A stretch of 16,013 bases of DNA, counting the filler, from an uncultured virus (IMG/VR IMGVR_UViG_2061766007_003579) (lineage: Duplodnaviria > Heunggongvirae > Uroviricota > Caudoviricetes). It is 2 parts of one record of this genome, joined end to end, with 100 filler letters (N's around TTAATTAATTAA, not from the genome) between each part and the next. Parts side by side here need not be neighbours in the genome. Positions count along the whole stretch, not along the records: positions 1 to 11,889 come from IMGVR_UViG_2061766007_003579; positions 11,990 to 16,013 come from IMGVR_UViG_2061766007_003579. The stretch is one strand, 5' to 3'. Of this stretch, positions 9,306 through 16,013 are shown one piece after another. The notes below the pieces were generated by a model that was not told the DNA's origin, ran no database searches, and saw only the letters and a program-made list of their open reading frames with translations. The translations under genes and the position numbers were made by a program. Position 1 is the stretch's first letter. Each line of letters starts with the position of its first letter.

Positions 9306-10009
9306 TCGCATCGGAAATCCAATCAGTTGTGGACAGCCTATATACCGCAAGGTCAAACAGAGGCATGACCAACAGTACAAAGCCTTCATTCTCTGCGGGC
9401 TCAAAAGCGGAAGCTAGTGAAATGAATAGTGCCATAAAAACAGCTAAAGGGGATTTCTCCGGAAGCAACGGCTGGATTTATTATTCATCCGACATTCTTG
9501 CCTATGTCGTGGCAGGCCAGCTGATGAGGTCATCAGAAATCAAGGCCCTGCAGCAGGTCCAGCAAGACACACTATATCTTGCAAGGTGCTCCTCCGGTTG
9601 CTACGGGAACTGCATTTCCGGATGTTCCAATTCAACATGCACCCAATCATGCACATCTACTTGCCGTAACGGATGCAACAACAACTGTGGGAGCGCAGGA
9701 TGCTCTGGGTACTGTTACACAAGCTGTACTGCCAGTTGTTTCCCAAATTGCAAAGGAGGAATCACAATCGCATCGACCTGTAAGAGCGGTTGCGGTAAGA
9801 ACTGTACCGGAGCTTGTGGTTCAGGCTGCAATAATACCTGTGGCGGAGGATGTAGTAGCGGATGTTCAGGTAGTTGCAGCAACTACTGCATAAGCGGATG
9901 TGGATCTGCCTGCGTCAGCAGTTGCCAGACATACTGTGTCTTAGGTTGCAAGAACTCATGCACAAGTGGGTGCAGTAACACCAACCGTATCGGGTCCATA
10001 TCAACCTGA
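9278..10009 (+). CDS. Complete CxxxC-repeat Cys-rich protein (243 aa), putative radical SAM substrate
   Basis: AAGGAG RBS. aa 1-103 are Cys-free. aa 104-243 (from nt 9587) hold 31 Cys, 27 of them starting exact Cxxx units rich in S/G/T/N. Confidence 0.9.
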   Translation: MSFEVGATIVASEIQSVVDSLYTARSNRGMTNSTKPSFSAGSKAEASEMNSAIKTAKGDFSGSNGWIYYSSDILAYVVAGQLMRSSEIKALQQVQQDTLYLARCSSGCYGNCISGCSNSTCTQSCTSTCRNGCNNNCGSAGCSGYCYTSCTASCFPNCKGGITIASTCKSGCGKNCTGACGSGCNNTCGGGCSSGCSGSCSNYCISGCGSACVSSCQTYCVLGCKNSCTSGCSNTNRIGSIST

Positions 10010-10011
10010 CT

Positions 10012-10242
10012 TCACTTGGGTGCGTTGATTCGATCCAGCAGCTCCTTTACCTTTCTGATGTCCTCATTGATGAGTATGGATACATCCAATTCTGGATTCG
10101 ACATGATCTTTGCAGCATAGCGTTCAGCCGTGAACTCCAGCGACTCCTCTGTGATCATCATTCCGTTTTCCGCAAGACGCCCCTTCAAGAAAGAGACCAT
10201 ATGTTCTCTGTCAGGGTTTTTGTTTTCGTGGATTGTATTCAT
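10012..10242 (-). CDS. Hypothetical protein (76 aa)
   Basis: GGAGGTGG RBS before the ATG. Convergent with the Cys-rich gene, stops 2 nt apart. Confidence 0.7.
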   Translation of the reverse strand: MNTIHENKNPDREHMVSFLKGRLAENGMMITEESLEFTAERYAAKIMSNPELDVSILINEDIRKVKELLDRINAPK

Positions 10243-10408
10243 ATTTCCACCTCCACAACCCTATACAAAAAAAGTGTCAAAAATATTGCGGATTTTTCTT
10301 GTATTCAGACAACTTTTTTGACTTTTTTTCGCGATAACACTTAACATGCTACTTAAAAATAAACCAGGAAGTTTTTCTGCCCAATTCCGAAAGCTTAACC
10401 ACTGCCTG

Positions 10409-10417
10409 TGATATAAT
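10409..10417 (+). promoter_or_regulatory. Extended -10 promoter (TG-A-TATAAT)
   Basis: Exact TGnTATAAT, 6 nt before ATG 10424. Confidence 0.6.
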
Positions 10418-10423
10418 AGAATC

Positions 10424-11290
10424 ATGGATGAGATTCTTGTTTTTAAGAAGTTCTTTTATATTAGCCTCACTTATCTTGATTTCAGTGAATTGGGCCCTAA
10501 AAAGGTACCTGCAAGAAAGGAATACGTGGTATTCAGTGACGGTACAATCAGGATTAGGGAAGGCAACGCAGGCTCACTGGAGATCGCTTCTGAGGAGTTT
10601 TTGCACTCAGACCCTTATGAGGTCGCATCGCTTTATTATAATATCCGAAATATTCTTGAGAATGACGAATATGACAAGGATACCCTTTCTCCGACAACTA
10701 AGACGACTGATATCAGATTCGAGATCTGTTATTCAAAATCAGGTCATGTTGAGGTCTGCTCTCCTTTATTAGCTGATGAGAATGGCATCTCTTTAATTTC
10801 TGTCATTGATGGATTCGTTGCCTTTGCTCGGAAAGAGCACACTTACTACAACTGGTACGAGGTCGTATTCAGCGAATTCGACGAACATGGGTATTCATAC
10901 TTTTACGATGATGATTCAATCAAGATTGGTGATAAAGTAGTTGTCCCGACTGGACCTCAAAACAAGGAACGTACCGCAACAGTCGTAAACTTCTGGAGGC
11001 TTTCAGAAGAGCGGCTCCCCTATCCTGCTTCAAAAACAAAGAAGATCATCAGGAAGATAGAACCCCCAAAGCCGTTTAGCATAGATGATTTCCTGAAAAA
11101 CACAAAATTCTCGGTAAAAACGGACTTCGAATTCACCGATGTAGACGGGCATAAACTGAAAGGAAACATCTACGGCGATTACCGTGAAGATCCTGAGGCA
11201 AAGGAACCGTATCTGAAATGTTTCCTGCAAGGTGGTACAGTTGTAAAATTCGTTCAGAGCAGACTCTCATCAATCAAGATAATCAAATAG
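10424..11290 (+). CDS. Hypothetical protein (288 aa) with a small beta-barrel-like motif (V.F...YSY..DD..I..GD.VVVP.G)
   Basis: Long open frame behind a good promoter. The motif loosely recalls the PriA 3'-DNA-binding domain; function not assignable. Confidence 0.75.
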   Translation: MDEILVFKKFFYISLTYLDFSELGPKKVPARKEYVVFSDGTIRIREGNAGSLEIASEEFLHSDPYEVASLYYNIRNILENDEYDKDTLSPTTKTTDIRFEICYSKSGHVEVCSPLLADENGISLISVIDGFVAFARKEHTYYNWYEVVFSEFDEHGYSYFYDDDSIKIGDKVVVPTGPQNKERTATVVNFWRLSEERLPYPASKTKKIIRKIEPPKPFSIDDFLKNTKFSVKTDFEFTDVDGHKLKGNIYGDYREDPEAKEPYLKCFLQGGTVVKFVQSRLSSIKIIK

Positions 11291-11336
11291 CCCTAATTTT
11301 TCCTCAGATCTCCAACTAATTCGGAATTATTGTAGT

Positions 11337-11735
11337 TCATTGGTTTTGTATGAACTTAGATAAATCGGAGCTGAACTTCAGAACGGCTAACATTTTTGCT
11401 TGGTAGTCTTCATCCAACCCATAAACAGAATACTCGTCTGAACGCTTAACCCGTATATTGACGTTTTGTTCTTCCAAGAGTCTTATGAGAGTATCTACAC
11501 TCTCCCCAACCCAGATGTCATAAAGATAGAATTCACGATAATTGAGCGGCTCAATGGCCGTTTGGGAGGTATCAAATAGAACCCACTCTTCCTTTCCATA
11601 GAAGGACTCTGATTCGGATACAATCAGGGCTCTTTTTTTTGCACCCCTCCCATGTGAAAAAGTCCTTATATTATGGGCTTTTTCGGCTTCTCGCACACGA
11701 ATATCAGTTTGTGCTGTCTTTTCATACATGCTCAT
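11337..11735 (-). CDS. Hypothetical ORF, possibly the 3' remnant of an interrupted gene
   Basis: 132-codon frame with no clear RBS. Its 5' part overlaps a copy of the nearby repeat, while the 3' ~95 codons look like ordinary globular protein. Confidence 0.4.
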   Translation of the reverse strand: MSMYEKTAQTDIRVREAEKAHNIRTFSHGRGAKKRALIVSESESFYGKEEWVLFDTSQTAIEPLNYREFYLYDIWVGESVDTLIRLLEEQNVNIRVKRSDEYSVYGLDEDYQAKMLAVLKFSSDLSKFIQNQ

Positions 11736-11787
11736 CCAGTCGATTTTCGACCGTTTACAGTAAAAACCCCATCCCGACCGACCTTGA

Positions 11788-11889
11788 AATCGTGTGCGAG
11801 ATGGGAGTAATCGTGTACGAGATAGGGGTAATTCGTGTGCGAGATAGGGGTAATCGTGTGCGAGATGGGTATTTCGTGTGCGAGATGGG
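11788..11889 (+). repeat. At least five tandem 19-22-bp repeats, core TCGTGT(G/A)CGAGAT(G/A)GG
   Basis: Units start at about 11788, 11809, 11830, 11852 and 11871 and run into the gap. An inverted core lies at 11689-11702. Confidence 0.9.
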
Positions 11890-11989
11890 NNNNNNNNNNN
11901 NNNNNNNNNNNNNNNNNNNNNNNNNNNNNNNNNTTAATTAATTAANNNNNNNNNNNNNNNNNNNNNNNNNNNNNNNNNNNNNNNNNNNN
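11890..11989. other. Artificial contig-joining spacer
   Basis: 44 N + TTAATTAATTAA (11934-11945, stops in all six frames) + 44 N = exactly 100 nt. Confidence 0.97.
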
Positions 11990-12045
11990 ATTAAATGAGA
12001 CAACTATTAACCAAACAAATACAATAAATCCTTTCTTGATGTTCA

Positions 12046-12345
12046 TCAGTGAATATCCCAGACCTTCTCCTGTATTTCTTTTCCAGCTCTGAAGAATGCA
12101 ACTCCATGGTTTTCAACAGATACAATTTCCCCTGTTTTGGGATTGCGTGCATGGGCCTTCCCTTTTCTATTCCTGACCTCGAATGTGCCCAGTCCTCTGA
12201 GCTCAATAATCTTCCCTTCTGCAAGTCCTGATTTCAACTCTTCGAACAATAGGTCAATAACAGTATGAATGCTGGCACGACTGATTGCCGGCTCTTTGCT
12301 GTGAATGTTCTCTATAATCTCAGCCTTTGTAAGTTTCTCGCTCAT
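12046..12345 (-). CDS. HU/IHF-family DNA-binding protein, spirochaete Hbb-like (99 aa)
   Basis: GAGGAG RBS, MSEKLTKAEII start, IELRGLGTFEVRNRKG..ARNPKTGE signature. The tail HGVAFFRAGKEIQEKVW resembles Borrelia Hbb. Confidence 0.92.
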   Translation of the reverse strand: MSEKLTKAEIIENIHSKEPAISRASIHTVIDLLFEELKSGLAEGKIIELRGLGTFEVRNRKGKAHARNPKTGEIVSVENHGVAFFRAGKEIQEKVWDIH

Positions 12346-12461
12346 GGCCTTTCTCCTCGTAATTCCAACCGTATCTAACATTAAAGCATTTCCTATACCA
12401 GTTGGCAATGCCCGACCAGAACGCAAGGGTACACGATTTCGCGGTCATCGGAGGATAACAA

Positions 12462-12854
12462 ATGACCGAAGACCAGAAAAACCAGATTAGGCAGTTGAGA
12501 GCTCAGGGCCTTACCATCAACAAGATTGCAGATGGATTAGGCCTTAACAAGGATACTGTAAAAACCTTCTGTCGGAGAAATGGACTGAATGGAACTGCGA
12601 TTGATAAGCGTCCACATCCCAGTGGTGTTATCCAAACTTGTATGGAGTGTGGAAAACTAATTGATCAGGAACCACAAAGGAAGAAGCGTCGCTTCTGTTC
12701 TGATAAATGCAGAATTGCATGGTTCAACCATAACAGAAACAGAGTCACATCCCAATGCCCATGCTGCGGAAAAACCTTTCAGCACAACGGGGCCAACTCT
12801 TTCTGCTCACGTCAGTGTTATATCACAAACCGCTTTCACGGAGGCCAAATATGA
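12462..12854 (+). CDS. HTH plus Zn-finger protein of the type found upstream of tandem serine recombinases
   Basis: GGAGG RBS. N-terminal HTH (IRQLRAQGLTINKIADGLGLNKDTVKTFCRR), then CxxC...FCSxxC twice. Confidence 0.85.
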   Translation: MTEDQKNQIRQLRAQGLTINKIADGLGLNKDTVKTFCRRNGLNGTAIDKRPHPSGVIQTCMECGKLIDQEPQRKKRRFCSDKCRIAWFNHNRNRVTSQCPCCGKTFQHNGANSFCSRQCYITNRFHGGQI

Positions 12855-13009
12855 AATTGTCCGAAGATCAGTTCAGACGTCAGCGCCTCTACCAAGCAGC
12901 TCTATCAGCTATCTCCAGACTCAGAGAAGAAGGTGTTCTCACCGAAGAGGAAGCCGAGCTTTCCGTTGAGTATCTCCAGAAGAAATACTGTCCGATTATA
13001 CGGTATTAA
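12851..13009 (+). CDS. Small SHOCT-like protein (52 aa)
   Basis: ATGA overlap with the upstream stop and GGAGG RBS. The motif LREEGVLTEEE is SHOCT-like. Confidence 0.7.
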   Translation: MKLSEDQFRRQRLYQAALSAISRLREEGVLTEEEAELSVEYLQKKYCPIIRY

Positions 13010-13060
13010 CACTTTACTAAATAGGGATTTAGAGTGATATATACAACAGGAGATTCCAAG

Positions 13061-14371
13061 ATGAATGTTACGGTACTTGAACCAAAGAGAACGTTGGTTC
13101 CGAAGCGCATAAGGGTGGCAGCTTATGCACGAGTATCTGTGGAAAAAGAAACCTCCGAACACTCATTCAAAGCCCAATCCGAACATTTCATAAAACTACT
13201 CAACTCCAACCCGCTCTGGATTAACGCCGGCCTTTACACTGACTTAGGCATTACAGGAACAAAGGCAGTCAGACCTGGATTCTCAAGACTGATTGAAGAT
13301 TGTGAGAAAGGACTGATTGACCTGGTGATCACCAAAAGCGTCAGCAGGTTTGCAAGGAACACAGTTGACCTTCTGAATACGGTCAGACATCTATCAGAAC
13401 TCTGTATCAATGTACACTTTGAGCGGGAAAACATGGACTCAATTTCCGGAAAAGGCGAGTTCGTCATGACGTTGCTTGCATCGTTTGCTCAAGAGGAAGC
13501 CCGCTCGATGTCAGAGAACATGAAGTGGACCTTCCGCAAGGGCTTTGAGAAAGGGACAGGGAACTGGTCTCACCTATACGGCTATAAGCGTGAAGACGGA
13601 AACCTGACAATCGATGAGCATGAGGCAGAAGTAATCAGGAGCATCTACTCAATGTACCTTGATGGGAAAGGCCCCCATGCCATTGTTGCAGAACTCAAGA
13701 GAATGGGAGTAACAAGAAGAGACGGCACACTATTCACCTACAACCGAATCGTCAAAGTGCTTAATCAGGAGAAATATGCCGGCAACTCATTGCTGCAGAA
13801 AACATACCGCGAAAACTTCATAACAAAGAAAAGGATGGAGAACAAGGGACAGTTACCCATGTACTTCGCAGAAGGAACCCACCCCGCCATCATTGACCAG
13901 TCTGTGCTGGACTCAGTAAGAGAACTCAAAGCTCAGCGAAGAGAACTGGGATACATGGCAGGAAGGCAGGAGAGGTTCTCCTGTTTTACTGGAAAGATCT
14001 TCTGTGCTGAATGCGGCCGCACCTACAGGCGCTGCAACAAAGGTGGAAGATGGAAGCGTTACATCTGGAGATGCGGTTCCAAGATAACGAATGGCACTTC
14101 AGCATGTGCGGCCCAGAACCTCCCGGAGAAGTTACTCATTGAAGAATCCTGCAGAGTTCTAGGCCTGGAGTCCTTTAATCCTGAGATTATTCAAGCTCAA
14201 GTGGACTCAATCGTCGTATCTAACCCCTGCACCATCACTTTCACCCTCAAGGATGGACTCATTGAATCCAGAAGCTGGAGCTACGATGAAAAAACCAAAT
14301 CGTATAAGGAGGTCGATAGTGGCAAACAGAGTCACGGTGATTCAGCCGACGCTGACACTATTCTCATCTAA
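13061..14371 (+). CDS. Large serine recombinase 1 (436 aa)
   Basis: AGGAG RBS, ATG 13061. YARVS catalytic motif, TKSVSRFARN, recombinase domain (LNQEKYAG) and Zn ribbon CAECG...WRC. Confidence 0.95.
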   Translation: MNVTVLEPKRTLVPKRIRVAAYARVSVEKETSEHSFKAQSEHFIKLLNSNPLWINAGLYTDLGITGTKAVRPGFSRLIEDCEKGLIDLVITKSVSRFARNTVDLLNTVRHLSELCINVHFERENMDSISGKGEFVMTLLASFAQEEARSMSENMKWTFRKGFEKGTGNWSHLYGYKREDGNLTIDEHEAEVIRSIYSMYLDGKGPHAIVAELKRMGVTRRDGTLFTYNRIVKVLNQEKYAGNSLLQKTYRENFITKKRMENKGQLPMYFAEGTHPAIIDQSVLDSVRELKAQRRELGYMAGRQERFSCFTGKIFCAECGRTYRRCNKGGRWKRYIWRCGSKITNGTSACAAQNLPEKLLIEESCRVLGLESFNPEIIQAQVDSIVVSNPCTITFTLKDGLIESRSWSYDEKTKSYKEVDSGKQSHGDSADADTILI

Positions 14372-15887
14372 GCCAATTGAGAACAAGACCAAACGCAGGG
14401 TTGCTGGATATGCCAGGGTCTCTACAGACAAAGATGAACAGTACACCTCTTACGAAGCCCAGGTGGAATACTACAAGCGATTCATAAAGTCCAATGACCA
14501 GTGGGAGTTCGTAGACGTGTATACGGATGAAGGTATATCTGGAACGCATACGGCAAACCGTGACGGCTTCAACCGAATGATTGCTGATGCCCTTTCCGGA
14601 AAAATTGACCTCATTCTAACTAAATCGGTTTCACGATTTGCAAGGAACACGGTGGATAGCCTCACAAAGATCAGAGAGCTGAAAGACAACGGTGTCGAAG
14701 TGTTTTTCGAGAAAGAGAACATCTGGACATTTGAAGGTAGCGGCGAGCTGCTTCTGACAATCATGAGCTCTTTAGCACAGGAGGAATCCAGATCCATATC
14801 GGAGAACATACGCTGGGGCTGGCAACGCAGTTTTGAGGAAGGGAAAGTATCACTGGCCTACTCCAAATTCCTTGGGTACGACAAAAATCCTGAAGGCGGG
14901 CTGAAACTCAATCCTCAACAAGCACCTATAGTCAGAAAAATCTATGATCAGTTCCTCTCTGGCAGAAGTATCAACTCCATAACAGCAGAATTGAATGTCC
15001 TCGGCCCCAAGAAGCCGTTCGGAGACGGTATTTGGACTAACAACAACATCAAAAGCATACTCACCAACGAGAAGTACACAGGCAACGCCATACTGCAGAA
15101 ATCCTACAAGACCGACCTTCTTTCAAAGCGCAAGGTTAATAATGGCGAAGTAAAAAAATATTATGTGGCCGATGCCCACGAGGCCATTGTCTCCCAGGAA
15201 GAGTTCGATATTGTCCAGGAAGAACTCAAGCGAAGGTCAGCAAAATACTCCAACAAGACCCTGTGCAAGAGTGTGTTCTCGGACAGGGTTATATGTGGAG
15301 ATTGCGGACACATCTTCGGTGCAAAGCTCTGGCACTCCACAGACAAATACCGGACCACAGTCTGGCAGTGCAACAATAAGTTCAAAGCAGAAAAGCGCTG
15401 CACCACTCCCCACCTTACTGAGAATGCATTGAAGGAAACCTTCATGAAAGCGGTCAACATGATTGCAGTTGACAGAGAATACGTAAAAGAAGATCTCACC
15501 TACATTCGCGATGTGATCCTTGCTACAGCCTCTCTTGAGACGGAATTGAATGATGCAAAGAAACTCGCAGAAGATTCATCCTTCGTTGTCAGGAATCTTG
15601 TAGGTGGGGCTCCGATTACGGATACCGACAGATTAGAAAGGCTTTTAGCGGATTGTCAGAAGAAAGCAGATAAGGTTGATGAGCTTCAAGAGAAACTCCG
15701 TGATCTGAATATGCGCCGCGCCTCTATTACCCGCTTCATTGAAAAGATAGACTCTCTTCATCCATTCTATCAGGAATTCAGCGATTCCCTTTTCAGGGGG
15801 ATGTGTGACTGCATGATCGTCCACTCCAAGGCAAAGATTATTGTAAGATTCCACTCAGGCTACGAGGTGGAAATCAACAGCAACTAA
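14319..15887 (+). CDS. Large serine recombinase 2 (522 aa)
   Basis: AAGGAGG RBS, GTG 14319. YARVST, TKSVSRFARN, LTNEKYTG, Zn ribbon CGDCG...WQC and a C-terminal coiled coil. Confidence 0.95.
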   Translation: MANRVTVIQPTLTLFSSKPIENKTKRRVAGYARVSTDKDEQYTSYEAQVEYYKRFIKSNDQWEFVDVYTDEGISGTHTANRDGFNRMIADALSGKIDLILTKSVSRFARNTVDSLTKIRELKDNGVEVFFEKENIWTFEGSGELLLTIMSSLAQEESRSISENIRWGWQRSFEEGKVSLAYSKFLGYDKNPEGGLKLNPQQAPIVRKIYDQFLSGRSINSITAELNVLGPKKPFGDGIWTNNNIKSILTNEKYTGNAILQKSYKTDLLSKRKVNNGEVKKYYVADAHEAIVSQEEFDIVQEELKRRSAKYSNKTLCKSVFSDRVICGDCGHIFGAKLWHSTDKYRTTVWQCNNKFKAEKRCTTPHLTENALKETFMKAVNMIAVDREYVKEDLTYIRDVILATASLETELNDAKKLAEDSSFVVRNLVGGAPITDTDRLERLLADCQKKADKVDELQEKLRDLNMRRASITRFIEKIDSLHPFYQEFSDSLFRGMCDCMIVHSKAKIIVRFHSGYEVEINSN

Positions 15888-15903
15888 GCCTCGTATAACC
15901 AAA

Positions 15904-15974
15904 TGAACCCCTCTATTCAAAAATGAACCCCTGCCAACCATAATTGAACCCCTGTTTCCCCTATTTGAACCCCT
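15904..15974 (+). repeat. Four direct TGAACCCCT repeats with 20/21/21-bp period
   Basis: Exact 9-mers at 15904, 15924, 15945 and 15966, each preceded by an A/T tract. Confidence 0.9.
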
Positions 15975-16013
15975 CTTCCTGTTTGTATTAAAAACCTGCA
16001 TGCGAGTCAAAAA

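Larger units (their letters stand above)
12462..15990 (+). mobile_element. Integration module of a mobile element (HTH/Zn-finger, SHOCT-like, two large serine recombinases, terminal repeats)
   Basis: Gene order typical of tandem serine recombinase islands and prophages. Boundaries are not determined. Confidence 0.7.

Noticed and set aside
5969..9468. Short antisense and alternate-frame ORFs over the cassette
   Set aside because: They shadow well-supported plus-strand genes and have no motifs or RBS support.
9587..10009. Metallothionein or keratin-associated-like eukaryotic sequence
   Set aside because: It has a bacterial RBS, overlaps bacterial operon genes, and strict CxxxC spacing beside a SPASM rSAM fits a maturase target better. 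Metal binding itself is not excluded.
11788..11889. CRISPR array
   Set aside because: The units are contiguous 19-22-bp tandem repeats with no unique spacers, and there are no cas genes.
12429..12438. GTACACGATT, the reverse complement of part of one left-scaffold repeat (11809-11818)
   Set aside because: A single 10-bp match on an unlinked scaffold is too weak to interpret.
12346..14318. ORF-track upstream starts at 12426, 12755, 13034 and 14253
   Set aside because: Starts at 12345, 12851, 13061 and 14319 have clear RBS motifs and give family-typical N-termini.
970..15887. Serine recombinases acting as a shufflon or invertase for the fibre tips
   Set aside because: They lie beyond an artificial linker, are integrase-type large serine recombinases, and all fibre fragments are on the same strand with no inverted cassettes.

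Overview
The window is not one natural locus. An artificial 100-nt spacer (44 N + TTAATTAATTAA + 44 N, 11890-11989) joins two scaffolds, so nothing links the two halves. The left scaffold (1-11889) has many 10-N gaps, one 16-N gap and one 903-N gap, and contains at least four near-identical but non-identical copies of a same-strand cassette. The cassette order is: phage tail-fibre/receptor-binding-like gene, radical SAM/SPASM maturase resembling the CXXX-repeat target family (complete at 5811-6989), two or three small accessory ORFs, then a 243-aa protein with a Cys-free 103-aa N-terminus and 31 Cys mostly in CxxxC spacing (complete at 9278-10009). No transporter, protease or RRE is visible. 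The fibre genes are mosaics of two shafts and two tips joined at a Gly-Asn repeat. My best hypothesis (inference) is a repeated, diversifying virion-fibre cassette with its own radical SAM modification system. Three hypothetical genes and a ~21-bp repeat array follow. The right scaffold (11990-16013) has a spirochaete-type HU/IHF (Hbb-like) gene and an HTH/Zn-finger - SHOCT-like - two large serine recombinase module ending in four phased TGAACCCCT repeats. Family names are recalled from motif knowledge; no searches were run.
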